Assembly: GCF_006345805.1 (NCBI RefSeq)
Contig: NC_043003.1
Location: forward strand, 31,558,001-31,622,000
Origin: Octopus sinensis
Taxonomy: Eukaryota
Length of the DNA stretch: 64,000 bases
Reading direction: 5' to 3'
The notes below the pieces were generated by a model. That model saw only the letters and a program-made list of their open reading frames with translations, was not told where the DNA came from and made no database searches. This document shows, one piece after another, positions 26,430-39,538 of this stretch (position 1 is the stretch's first letter; every line of letters starts with the position of its first letter). The position numbers and the translations under genes were made by a program.

Positions 26430-26710
26430 GGGGGATGAGCTTACATTTAGATTTATGAAAGAATTTAAAAGTGGGGAAGAATTTGTGCTTACACGTAGTG
26501 AAGGCCTCCTTGTATTTATCAAGCAATTATGGTGAGTTGTGAGTTAAAATTTTGAGAGCTTCTTTTAAGCAAAGTCCACAAGTGGAGTGTTGGCCCTGAG
26601 TCTATTGTAGCCCATGAAAGTTTATACTATATTTTTCTGGCTAGTAATGTGGTATTGCTATTCTCCTTATATTTAAGCGAATTTAAATGTGCATAATACC
26701 TTTCAAAAAA
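26430..26710 (-). mobile_element. GIY-YIG C-terminal fragment of a second Penelope-like family
   Basis: RYYAHLNSLKYKENSNTTLLARKI ... CGLCLKEALKIL ... EAFTTCKHK. Confidence 0.6.
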
Positions 26711-26899
26711 CGTTATAGGATATAACGTCAAAGGTAGCCTATAGAAAGAGGGGCGATAAAGGAAAGAAAAACTAAATAAATGAGAAGTATATAACTATAT
26801 GTATATTAAATAAAAGCATATAGACTTGGAAAATGATATATCTAGTGAATGTGAAATGTAAGAAGAAAATTAATGTTTAAATTATATGATGATAGATAT

Positions 26900-28070
26900 C
26901 ACTTATATGACAAAAGGTATGTTTCTGCCACTGTTTACATAGGTATGCACACTCTATAACCGTGTTTACAAGGGAAGTTTTAGAAAAAAGAATAAAAATT
27001 GTTCAGAATTACAGAGAAGACAGAATTCCTTGCCTTTGTCATAAGGTATCGAGATTGAGAGAATCAACCAATCTAAAGTAGATTGTTTATTGTAGTCTTT
27101 TAGATCCCAAATTAATTTACTAAGCCCTGTGCTGTTACGTTTATCCTATCCATAAATGTAGAGTAATGAATAGAAACTCTTTTAGATAACTGAGATGTGC
27201 TTCCTATATAAAAAATACTTCATTAGCAGTAGTAATTTTACAGTGGTATTGTTTTGTTTTGTTTTTCCAGTTTCAGCTCTTGAGCTGTGGCCATGCTGGG
27301 GCACCGCCATTGTGGTGAAAGAGTACAGCAGGGATCACCACCCCCTGCCGGAGCCTCGTAGAGCTTTTAGGTGTTTTCGCTCAATAAACACACACAACGC
27401 CCGGTCTGAGAATCGAAACCGCGATCCTGCGACCGCGAGTCCGCTGCCCTAACCACTAGGCCATTGCGCCTCAGAAAATTTTAATTTTAGTGTTACTTGA
27501 CATAAACTTGATTCTGTTGTAATTGACTTCAGATACAATAACCTTGTTATTAATATTTCTAGGGGGATAGATGGTATTAGCTAAATTAATGTTAGTATTA
27601 GTAAATGTATCAACTTTTAACAGATTAATATTATGTGAAGAGATAATTTTTTAGAGATTTTTGTGTTGGAAAAACCATTCCTAACCGTGTGTGAGTTGAT
27701 AATAGAGTAATACCTAGAATTCTTTCGAAAATTCCTAATAATAGCTTCCCGAAACTGCAAACGAAGATTAGATTTAATTTGCTTCCAGTGTGGAATAATT
27801 AACCAAATGATTTTACTATTAGTTACCTTATATTTTAGTGTAACTATTTTTGAAAGATATAGATTTACCTTTAGAACGAAAATAGGGGATTTAATAAGGG
27901 TTATCTTCCTTCCTCTGGTTGGTGTTGGTATATAGATTAAAATTGATATCGCTTACATCCTTACAACTAGATTTCATATCTACATTAGTAAAGATAGAAT
28001 AAGATTGAATGGAATTAATGTATATAACTTGCTTTAAGTAAGGCAAAGTTATAAAATTCGGCCTTATCAT
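26900..28070 (-). mobile_element. Older degenerate copy of the 24.6-25.5 kb Penelope-like element
   Basis: tgtttctgccactgtttaca, aaccaatcta, taatttactaagccctgtgct, gcttcccgaaactgcaa and ttaaccaaat parallel 24615-25290. Confidence 0.75.
27310..27471 (-). mobile_element. Family-C tRNA-derived SINE, 5' part
   Basis: Minus strand ggcgcaatggcctagtggttagggcagcggactcgcgg..ggtttcgattctc, with A and B boxes. Confidence 0.85.
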
Positions 28071-28130
28071 CATAGGACTCCTTGCACGCTAGAGAGAACA
28101 GTTAAATTTCAAATCACCATTAGGGATAAA

Positions 28131-28264
28131 ATTTCGAAGGGAATGAAAAATAAAAACATTTACCATCTAACTGGACCAATTGTTTCAGACATTTTTTAGC
28201 AAATAAAATAATTTTCTAGGCGAAGTCTTCTTCAGCAAGTACACCTTAGATTAAATATATATAT

Positions 28265-28300
<36 letters not shown>

Positions 28301-28683
28301 CACGAGGCAATCCAGTGTATACCTTCAAATTTTTCCAATCTGCCGCGTCCATGTCGACAGTAAATGAATAAAAAAAACCGATTTTCAATTCGAAAATTAT
28401 CCAGAAAAATTTATCAATAATTAATAATATCAAAGGGTAAACAGAAATAATAGAAATTTGCATCACCATTAGCCTAGCGTGTAAAAATTTAATCAATAGA
28501 CCATATATTATTCATATAAATACAGTGTACATTTAAACACATTAGAGGCATCCATCATAGGGCTCCTTGTATGCTAGGCGAAGAAGACTTCGCCTTGAAA
28601 ATTATTTTATATGCTCAAAAAGTCTGAAACCATTGGTCCAGGAGTTAAATGGTAAAAGTTCATATTTTTCATTCCCTTCGAAT
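28131..28683. repeat. Diverged inverted repeat (28131-28235 vs ~28577-28683)
   Basis: ttcgaagggaatgaaaaata..ctggaccaattgtttcagac..ggcgaagtcttcttc is the reverse complement of gaagaagacttcgcc..gtctgaaaccattggtccag..tttttcattcccttcgaa. Confidence 0.8.
28171..28238 (-). ncRNA. Type-I hammerhead motif
   Basis: Minus strand: TTG-CTGAAGA-AGAC...GTCT-GAAA-CAATTGG-TC-CAG. Confidence 0.65.
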
Positions 28684-29146
28684 GCCGGTCGGCAGAATGA
28701 TGCCTAAGGGTTGCATCAAGTGGCTTCTAGCGATGGAGGCCTGAACTACAACGGGCTTGTACCACAGAGAACGTTTCCGGTTACTTTTGGGTACCACCTC
28801 GTATATGTTTGTCAGTCATGTAATCACACACATGGTTGGATTTTTTTCTTTCTCCGGATCTTTCATTTCCCTCTGTCTGACGAAGAGTTATGCTCGAATT
28901 ATCATACACCTACTCTTTTAACTAGCTTTGCTGAGCGTCAAGTTAATACACTCCAAGTGTACGTCCATTGGACTTGTTTTTTTTTATTTGTGATATTTAA
29001 TTTTTAATTTTCGATTTGCCAACGTCATCGAGAATATATTCTCTCACGCCTAAAACCCGCAGCTGCCTGTGGAATTAAAAACACACAATTTGTCTATCTA
29101 TGTTTGATTTTGTTTATATCTATATAGAGAGAGATACAGACGTAGA

Positions 29147-29147
29147 A

Positions 29148-29215
<68 letters not shown>

Positions 29216-29255
29216 GTAGGTAGGTAGGTAGGTATATAGATAGGTAGGTAGATAG
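29147..29255. repeat. (TAGA)n/(TAGG)n microsatellite
   Basis: Directly visible. Confidence 0.95.
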
Positions 29256-29908
29256 AGAAATGGTGTACAACGTTACTCGCATATAACTCACGAAACGGAA
29301 ATTAATTGATTCGCACACTCCAAACCGCAAGTGCTACTAACAGTTTCACATACCACACAAGAGTTACATTGTATCCCGACGACAGTATTTGGGGTGGATC
29401 ACGTGACCACCGAATTTATGACTTTGGTCTAAAGTATTCATAAAAATCTGTCATTAATCAACCTGAAACATTTCGAATTGTCTAAAACATGATTGAATGG
29501 GAAAATGATACCGAGGCCTATTTTGAGAACAGCGCAAGAAAGAGGTCTTCTTTGCGCATTCTTACACATGGTCGCAGCCTCAAGGCTGAAATATATAAAC
29601 GAATATACATAAACACAGAAACGCGCAAACCTGTTTATAGATACGTATATATGAATATATGTATATATTTATGTGTGCATGAATAAACAGCTCTCGATAT
29701 ATACGTATATATAAATATATGTATATTTGTGTGTGTGTGTGTGTATGTGTGTGTGTGTAGATGTATGCACGTGTGTGCGTGAGGGTATGTTTTTAAATGT
29801 CTAAAAACAACCATCTTTAACTGAAGAAAGGGTTCATTATATTGTTTAAAGAGCGGGACAGACACTACTTTAGATTGAAGGAGAATTAGGTTACAGGAAG
29901 AAAATATG

Positions 29909-29953
<45 letters not shown>

Positions 29954-30104
29954 GAAAGAGAGTAAGTAACAGTGAGAAAGAGAACGTGAGAGATCGCAAG
30001 CATGAACGATACACAATATACACATATATACACATATATAAGCGAGAAGTCAAAACGCTGATACGCAAAAAATGGCAGTCTGATTTTATAATACTTATAC
30101 ATAC

Positions 30105-30150
30105 GAGGAAATGCATTCATGCCCGCTCGGCCGACCACCGCCATCTTAAT
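30105..30150 (-). other. Candidate first exon of a minus-strand host gene (MAVVGRAGMNAFP...)
   Basis: AAGATGGCG start context (CCGCCATCTT, YY1-type motif on +) in a local GC-rich patch, followed by a GTATGT donor after 40 coding nt. Confidence 0.35.
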
Positions 30151-30879
30151 CATAGAAGAAATCAAAGAGCTAATGTCCATATGATTAGAAACTTAGGTAA
30201 AATGAATAGGTGGACACGGGATTATAAAAGCAATAAAGAAACAAAGAACCAAATTATTTTTCTGACACTTGACGTATATTGTTTAGTACATTGTCTCTTG
30301 TCTAGAAAGAAACTACGAGTAAATCTTTTAAAATTCTCGTCAAAATTATCTAGTTGCTATCACAAAGTCAATGAAGTAGCTTCAATAGAATGCAGTGCAA
30401 GTATTAAGTTGACATTTCATATATACTTTACGGATTAAGAACTTTTGCAAAATTCTCTAATATCGGCAAGGCAGTAAAAGAATAACAATTTTATAGATAA
30501 ACGTCATAGCAATGTTATTTTCAACGACAGTTCTTTAATAAATAAAAAAATAACCAAATTGGAAACGTGCTTTCTTTGGTCAATAAATTCATGAAAGTAG
30601 TTAGTAAACACATGATAAACAATACATGAAAACAAAATTTAGACAATATCTATGTATGTATGTACGTATGTATGTATGTATGTATGTATGTAGTATGTAT
30701 GTATGTATGTATGTATGTATGTATGTATGTATGTATGTATGTTTGTATGTATGTATAGTCTCATATATCTTGATTTATTTGAAGTGAATGAATTAAGGAT
30801 TTGCGTTCTCTCTCCAAGACCACAAGTCCAGCCATAATTTGCTCCTGACGTGTCGGTATATATCATGTTGCTTCAATAA

Positions 30880-31560
30880 CAATAGGTATGAAGATGAAGA
30901 TGCATCTTCAGTACTAGATCTGTAGACTCCTTATGAATGATCCATAGATTTCCTGTTTTTTTTTGTATTTTTCTAAGTACATTGGTGTCCAGAGGTAGCT
31001 AATTTCCACAACAGAACATATCTTTTCCTTGTGCTCCCTTACAACAATATCTGGCTGGTTGTATTTTAACTTGGTGGCTGTTTCTTTTCTAGCCACAGCA
31101 TCATGCCTCATGGGTAGATAATATCTGGAGGACATTCTCTGGCAGTTGGCAATTTAGTCGATGTCCTCAGCCTGCTCTTCCACAGCCTATATTTGTGATC
31201 TGTCAATGTTTTCGGCCTGTTATGCTATAGGTATTTGGTTGGGATCTCTTGTCTTTTGAAATACATAGAGGTGGCCTTCAAAGCGGGATACAATAAACTT
31301 GTTGGTAATCCATGCCAAACTTTTAGTATAATCAATCCCATCTATGGTTTGTACCATTGATAGGTTTATTTCTTTTACTTTCTTCTGACAACTAAATTTT
31401 ACAAATGCTCCTTGCGGAGAGATCTGTATCATCAGTTCTTTTTCATACCTTCTCAAGTTCCTTAGCTATGCTAATTATTTTGTTGATTTCATGGTCACAA
31501 AATTAAGCAAGACAGTTACTGGTCTAGACGTTGCAATTAGTAATTTCTGTGTAGGTACAA
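30880..31560 (-). mobile_element. Degenerate RLE-type LINE 3' part, same family as 2400-3560
   Basis: SLAWITNKFIVSRFEGHL; MSSRYYLPMRHDAVA; YNQPDIVV..KEKICSVVEIS; IYGSFIRSLQI. Confidence 0.75.
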
Positions 31561-31927
31561 CATTTATTAAGAATATCTAGTTGTGTAAAGGGATATAAAC
31601 TATTATTTTTTCATGAGGGGAGGCGTAGTAAGTACAGAAGTAAACCAGTCTTCGATTTCTTACCAATGAAAATTAATTATGAACGAATGATAGATTCGAT
31701 ACTTCGTACGCGTTGTTGCCTCTCCAATGTTGTAAAACGATGAGAAAATACTTCATCACGTATTACACGTGAAATACACCACGCATTTAACTCAAATCGC
31801 CTGTTTTTGTGAAAGATATGTTATATCGTAAATGTATGAAAAATAAATGAAATTTATTTTCAATAAAAATACGCATTTTAACAGTTTCTTTTTTAACACA
31901 CTTTCCTTACATGCACATGCGCCCACA

Positions 31928-32670
<743 letters not shown>

Positions 32671-32865
32671 ATTACATTATATAAAAGGGCTTAGTAAAAT
32701 AAATTACTTTGCCACATACTGAACTCATTAGAAATAGTAGCTAAAAAACCTTTTTTAAAACTATTTCTAATACTTAAAGAAAATCTCTCTCATATAGTGT
32801 TTGCTCAATTCAACTCACGAAAGTATGGGGGTAAAGACATTAAAAAATCAAATGCAAAGGTTATT

Positions 32866-32917
32866 TGAGAACGTACGTTTCTAGATTAGTCAACTTGACA
32901 TTTCTATCATCAGCTCA
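32866..32917 (-). ncRNA. Type-I hammerhead ribozyme, intact core
   Basis: Minus strand: TGAG-CTGATGA-TAGAaatGTCAAgTTGACtaaTCTA-GAAA-CGTACG-TT-CTCA. Palindromic stem III (ACGTACGT), GUU triplet. Confidence 0.85.
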
Positions 32918-33424
32918 GAACTCCTTGGTTTGGATTTGAAAACACTGAAAGTGGGAGCATACCCTTTCGGCTTCTTATCGCTTCTGAAGATCTGCTCGAA
33001 CTAACAGTGCCAGCAAACTCAAAATATGCAAGCGAAGAATTTCTGCTCTCCCCTTTCCACCAGCGTGGGTTAAAATCAGTAAACACTATGCTTTTTCGGT
33101 AAAATCCGAAGCATTAAATAGAGAGAGATGAATTATAATTTCAACAATTGAGGGTAAAATTAATTAATTATTAATCAATTTCACCAAGTATTCAGTATGC
33201 AAAGGGACCATTTAAGGCGAATTCAAATTATTACATTATATAAAAGGGCTTAGTAAAATAAATTACTTTGCCACATACTGAACTCATTAGAAATAGTAGC
33301 TAAAAAAACTTTTTTAAAACTATTTCTAATACTTAAAGAAAATCTCTCTCATATAGTGTTTGCTCAATTCAACTCACGAAAGTATGGGGGTAAAGACATT
33401 AAAAAATCAAATGCAAAGGTTATT

Positions 33425-33476
33425 TGAGAACGTACGTTTCTAGATTAGTCAACTCGACATTTCTACCATCAGCTCA
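33425..33476 (-). ncRNA. Hammerhead copy 2, core variant CTGATGG
   Basis: Same fold as 32866-32917 with A9>G. Confidence 0.7.
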
Positions 33477-33589
33477 GAACTCCTTGGTTTGGATTTGAAA
33501 ACACTGAAAGTGGGAGCATACCCTTTCGGCTTCTTATCGAAAGGGTATGCTCCCACTTTCAGTGTTTTCAAATCCAAACCAAGGAGTTC

Positions 33590-33641
33590 TGAGCTGATGG
33601 TAGAAATGTCGAGTTGACTAATCTAGAAACGTACGTTCTCA
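33590..33641 (+). ncRNA. Hammerhead copy 3 (inverted arm), core variant CTGATGG
   Basis: tgag-ctgatgg-tagaaatgtcgagttgactaatcta-gaaa-cgtacg-tt-ctca. Confidence 0.7.
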
Positions 33642-33924
33642 AATAACCTTTGCATTTGATTTTTTAATGTCTTTACCCCCATACTTTCGTGAGTTGAATT
33701 GAGCAAACACTATATGAGAGAGATTTTCTTTAAGTATTAGAAATAGTTTTAAGAAAGTTTTTTTAGCTACTATTTCTAATGAGTTCAGTATGTGGCAAAG
33801 TAATTTATTTTACTAAGCCCTTTTATATAATGTAATAATTTGAATTCGCCTTAAATGGTCCCTTTGCATACTGAATACTTGGTGAAATTGATTAATAATT
33901 AATTAATTTTACCCTCAATTGTTG

Positions 33925-33992
<68 letters not shown>

Positions 33993-35099
33993 AGTGTCTC
34001 TAGAAGGAATTTTCGTAAGATTATCATCATATCTATTAATTGAATTCATCATCTGTCTATCTATATTATAAAATTATGAAATTAGTCGCGTATACATTTA
34101 ATACTAGTACTCTCCCACCGTCCGAATAGTGACGTCGAAATCAATCAATAAAGTAGACGCAATTAACATAATGACTATCCATTTGATTATTACTAAACAA
34201 GCTATTGACGTCATTCAGAATGTTTCTAAGAGTTAAGTGGTCTTTATTAAATAAACATAAACAAAAAAAATAACAAGCAAAAAGAAAGATAGAAAGAATG
34301 AAAGAGGGATAGAAAAAAAAGAAATTCTTTACATGTTTAAACAAGTTAATTTCCATCGTATAGCTTCAACATCAATATTGGTGAATTTTGATGCTGGTAA
34401 AGTTGTTATTAATTGTTAATGTCCTTTATTGATGCGATTGGCTTTTCTTCATGATTAAAGACAGAGATAATTTGAGCGAAAACACTGTAATATGTTATAT
34501 AACAAAGTCTAAGGATTTTCATTTATTAATTCATATTTAATTTGTTATATTTAATTATATTCGCTTCCAACCGGCCGGCAAATGCGGACGTCATTGAATT
34601 CAATTCAAAATAAAAAAAGTAAAAAAAAAAGTAAGCCATCTCCTTCGCTGTGTGGTTTTTATACATATATGTTTGTTTTTCTGTATTTGTTGCTTCATTG
34701 TGCGCGCGGTAGATTGAAATAGAGTAGAATAAAATTAAGGAGCTTATTCTGAGTATAATATGGAAGTGCAATAATGAGCGCACAGATTTAGACAAAAATC
34801 TGAACGAACAATGTTTACGTCATTGGTAAATTAATCGGCTTGAGGGTAAAATTCTTTCAAATATTTTCTAAGCTATTTTAAAACTTACTCACTTACATAA
34901 GACCTATTTAATCATTGCATTGATTTTAACAATAGCTCATAATGCAGTATTCAGAAGTTTATGGACGTGTTTTAATATAGTTTTGGTTTGTTTAGGGGCT
35001 GCTCGATGTGAAATCAGAGCTGATCATTATTTTAACATGAACGTTGTGAAACTAGTCTTGGAATTTATTCTCGAGAACCACAATGTGGTCCCAGAAATA

Positions 35100-35320
35100 T
35101 TGATTTCAAATTTTGGAATAAGGCCGAGACACTCGGGGCTGGGATAAATTGATTACATTGACCCAAGACCTCAGCTGGTACTGATTTTATCGACTCCCCC
35201 AGAAAGGATGAAAGGTTAAGTCAACCTCAGTGGAATTTGAAATCAGAATGTAGAAACGGACGAAATGCTGCCAACTATTTTTCACAGCGTGCTAACGATT
35301 CTGTCATCTCACCCACTTTA
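35100..35320 (-). mobile_element. Family-A SINE
   Basis: ggatgaaaggttaagtcaacctcagtggaatttgaaatcagaatg..gcgtgctaacgattctg. Confidence 0.75.
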
Positions 35321-35384
35321 TGGTACCAGAGATATTGATGTATTGGAATATATATAAGACATTCCTGATGCCAAATTGAAATGT

Positions 35385-36620
35385 CAGAAACCAGAGGCAT
35401 AGCTCTCACCACCATTTCAATATTACTTCGTAATATCTATAAATATAAATGAAGAGGTTCAATAAGTATGGCGGTGTCTTCTGAATTGTAACTCAACCTA
35501 CATGAAGTTACAGCAAGCGTCCTACAAATCTCGTAACTGGCATCTGAAAATGCAGTGACACAGAGGATAATATAGCAAGAATGTAATAGAGTAGTCAATA
35601 TACAACTTTGGGAGATATAATGAGTGATGACAATATATGAAGAGCGTGTCCAGCGCGCTTGAGTGTTGGTGGGCACATGCAACTATTTCAGAGGTGCAGA
35701 AGCCAATGCAGAAGCGGTAGAAAAGGCAGCGTGTGGGGACAGCGCATATCTGTATTAGTGATTGCTATATGCTTTTATGTCTCTGCAATTAAATGGGCGA
35801 TTTTTATTCGGATGTTGCCTACGATGTTAATGTATGTAGTGCTAATAGTGTCCTATACGTAAAACATTAATGCATTGTTATTACTAGTTAAGATTTGTGG
35901 AAATTTGGCAACTGACCAGAATCTGAGAACATATTGTCTCTGAATGCAAGCGTAGTTCTGAAGCCAAACTTGTAACCAATGTATGAATATCAGATTGCTA
36001 GAAGGGATCATTGGAGTATGTATTGCGAATTTGAGGGCTGTATTTAAGTATCATTATAATTGACCTTCCTTTCTGGTACAGATTGGGCCGGAACAATATG
36101 TGCTATGATAAAATTCATTCCAGTCAGTCGTAACCGTACGTTTTTGTTTTCTTTATAGCACATTGTAAAAGGGGTAGCTATATCCAATTTATCCGCTTCA
36201 CAAGTCAGCAGGCTGCAGTTTAGAAGAGATTTGGTTGTCATTGTGAGCAATTCCATCTACTGAGTTAACGATCCTCCAGTTATTATTCTTGTAGTATATT
36301 TTCGTTGTTTTACGTCTTTAGTGATTGTTCTAAGAAAATTATGATTAGTTCCAACTGAAATTCGCCTAGTTCTGGCCAAGTGAATTAAATCTGTCATTGT
36401 CCAGTGATCACAGGCGGAAAGTTCAAATGTGTAGAATAGACCTATAAAAGCAAAATTATACGACTTAGAAATCACTTTACCATCCATCGGAGCACATCTC
36501 ATTAGTAATTTCGAACTAGGAACATATATTTGAAGTAACATGGCATTCTAAAAGACGGCAATCATAGTTTGTGAGAGAAAGGTAATGGGTAGATCATAAA
36601 GGAAGATTTATGATCTGCCT
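35385..36620 (+). mobile_element. Possible very degenerate Helitron PIF1-like helicase remnant
   Basis: Fragments in the expected order: SMAVSS (AVASSG), GDF..RMLP (GDFRQxLP), DLWKF..LT.NLR, PLHK and IRLVLAK..KS (IRLxFAMTINKS). Confidence 0.35.
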
Positions 36621-36748
36621 TCGCAACTAAATTATTGCGTATGGAATAGCATGTAAGCACGCACGCATGTAGGTATATATACATGTACGTATATCACACA
36701 CACACACACACACACAAACACACACACTCACATACACACACCCATAAG

Positions 36749-36836
<88 letters not shown>

Positions 36837-37404
36837 TATATATGTGTGTGCGCCTCAATATATATATACATATATGTGTATATGTGTATACACACGTGTA
36901 TATATATGTATGATATAAAATTGCATTATATATTTACATAATCCATGTTTACTTTCGTTAAATTTAGATTCTTGGTCATCTGTACGCAACTTAGATTGTC
37001 ATAAATATACATACACACACACATACACACATGTGTGCATGCGCGCGCGTGTAACGGAATTATTATATCAGCATCGCTATATTTATAAATATTTTGTTTT
37101 TAATATCCTTTACTGTATGAAAATTTCTTTGTTATTGGAAAAGCAAAATTTCAAACAGGACATATAAAATACTTAAATAACCTTCTAATATATTTTCTTA
37201 AGATTATTCAATAAAATATACACCTGGAGACTATATTAATGCTAGTAATAATAGCATAGATATTGATTTATTTAGTAAAGGCATATGTAGTTCTTATGTT
37301 TGATAGCTTACTCCTATAAATTACACCGAAACTACAGATTTATTTTGAGGTTGCGCAACGTCCGATTTGATAGGGATAGGTCGCAATTCATAAAAATCAA
37401 TAGA

Positions 37405-37458
<54 letters not shown>

Positions 37459-37480
37459 GCTGCTTCTGCTGCTGCTGCTG

Positions 37481-37549
<69 letters not shown>
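37405..37549. repeat. (ACT)n/(GCT)n trinucleotide microsatellite
   Basis: Directly visible. Confidence 0.95.
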
Positions 37550-37901
37550 GGTATATAAGCTTCTGCTGCTTTCAGCGATTGCTGAGGAAACGTCTTCGTA
37601 GGTTGTCTTGTTCTTTTAGACAATCCTATCGAATCCTGTAAACATTACAATCTGTTAGTTTTATACTTTAGTGAACTACATGGAATCGAAATATGTACGT
37701 TTGTTATAAAAATACAACTTGACACACCGGTTTACAGTAATCATGATAAAATCGGACAAGGACACACTCACAACCACTACACACACACACACACACACAC
37801 ACACATACGTGATCACACACATGTACCTGTACACGCGTATGCACATGCGTATAATTGTCCACACACGATTTACAAATCAAAGCCTCTTGATACACATGTT
37901 A

Positions 37902-39163
37902 CGAGGGAGATTAAACAATTATACGCACTATTGCTTTTTCAATGTATTTACACAAAAGCAGGGGTTAAACAAGGACACCATTCTTCTATAGAGTCCCCTT
38001 TCTTTTCGATGCACTTGGTCCAGTGGTCCATAGAAAAAGATTTTCATTTGGTCTTGCAACCATTTATGCATCTCTTCCTTCACATGTTCATCTGTAGGAA
38101 ATTGACTACCTCGTAAACCATCTTTGAGCCGTCCAAAGAAATGATAGTCGGAAGGGGCGAGATCTGGGCTGTAGGAAGGATGTTCCAGCACCTCAAAACC
38201 AAATTGGTTAAGGGTTTCAAGGGTTTGGGCGGCCGTGTGTCGGCGTGCATTGCCATGCATCAACAAGACTCTTTTCGACAATAGGCTTCGGCGTTTGGTA
38301 CGAATTGCCGGCTTCAATTTGTTGGCCAGCGAAGCACTGTGCATTGCACTGTTGATCGTACACCCCTTTTTCCAGATGGTTTTCTAATACAGACCCTTTT
38401 GAGCCCCACCAAGAAGTGTTAGCATCACCTTTCCCGCGGAACACTGAGTTTTGAACTCTTCTTCACTGGCGAGCCAGGATGTTTCCCGTCCATACTCCAT
38501 ACATTCTTTGTGTTCTGCCTAATAATGATGGACCCACGTTTCGTCTATTGTGATTATTCTGCCCAAAAAGCCCTCGCCCTCATTGTTGTAGCGATCGAGT
38601 AAACGTTAGCGGACCTCATGACATTTTCGCTTGTGCTCTGCAGTAAGCTCTCTTGGCATCCATCTTGCATAGACTTTATGGAATCCGAACTCATCGTGGA
38701 TTATTTAATAGGCAGAACCCTGACTAATCTACCTCATCAACGATAACGTACCGGTTCACCATTACCATCTCTCGAATTTGCTGAATCTTTTCGTCAGTGG
38801 TGGAGGTTGATGGGCTTCCTGCTTCCTCTTCGTGCGTTACGTTTGTCCGATCACTTTTAAACTTCTTGATCCACTCATAGACACTTCTACAAGGTAGGGC
38901 ACTGGCCCCGTACTGTGTTAAAAGCCTCCGCTAAATTTCTGCACCTGACACACATTCCGACCAGAGAAATCGGGTCATTTTGCTTTGTTCCTCTTTGGTA
39001 CACATTGCTTGTGAAGCGTCCATGTTTACACTGTAAAGGCAGAAAGAAAAGTGGCACAATCAGGCTCAAACTGCGATTACGTGACCACAATAATACTAAG
39101 GCAGTGTGACAATAATAAAGATATGTTATGGTGAAAGTGCGGATACGTTTTGACTTACCCTCA
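37902..39163 (-). mobile_element. Full-length degenerate mariner element (transposase ATG ~39023 to ~37975)
   Basis: TIRs cgagggagattaaacaattatacgcac / gtgcggatacgttttgacttaccctca with flanking TA. Motifs WMPRELT (WVPxxL), IITIDETWVHHY, LMHGNARRH and HPSYSPDLAPSDYHFF. Confidence 0.92.
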
Positions 39164-39236
39164 TATAAAAGGAAATAGGGAAGGTGTCAGAATTGCAAGA
39201 GCCTCGGAGAAAATATTTCGCGCTATATCATTAGAT

Positions 39237-39538
39237 GTGGCGGCACAATGGCCCAATGGTTAGGGCAGCAGACTCGCAGTTGTAGGATCACGGTTTCGAT
39301 TCTCAGACCGGGCGTTTTGAGTGTTTATTGAGCGAAAACACCTAATGCTCCACGAGGCTCCGGCAGGGGGTGGTGACGATCCCTGCGGTACTCTTTCGCC
39401 ACAACTTTCTCTCATTATTTCTTCTGCTGGCCTGCTTGCTTAGCCAGCGGGGTGGCGTCATATGAAGGCTAAAACAATGCGAAGATCATTGTGACCAGCG
39501 TTGTGTAGCAAAATCTGATAGCCTGGTCGGTGACGGTG
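39237..39538 (+). mobile_element. Full-length family-C tRNA-derived SINE with 12-bp TSD
   Basis: atatcattagat at 39225-39236 and 39539-39550; A-box tggcccaatggt, B-box ggtttcgattc. Confidence 0.9.

Larger units (their letters stand above)
32671..33932. mobile_element. Non-coding hammerhead-containing element: 559-bp tandem repeat (~1.5 units) plus fold-back inverted copy, flanked by (TA)n
   Basis: Units start at 32671 and 33230. Inverted arms are 33134-33528 and 33538-33932 (395 bp), with a 9-nt spacer gcttcttat. Confidence 0.85.

Noticed and set aside
27395-27471. tRNA gene
   Set aside because: It is the tRNA-derived head of a SINE, continuing into SINE body, with no complete cloverleaf. 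The same applies at 39240.
32671-33932. CRISPR array or MITE interpretation
   Set aside because: No short repeat-spacer periodicity; eukaryotic context; the arms extend to the centre and derive from a tandem unit rather than TIRs.
37575-37645. CTGAGGA plus hairpin taggttgtct/agacaatccta
   Set aside because: No correctly placed GAAA; isolated hairpin only.
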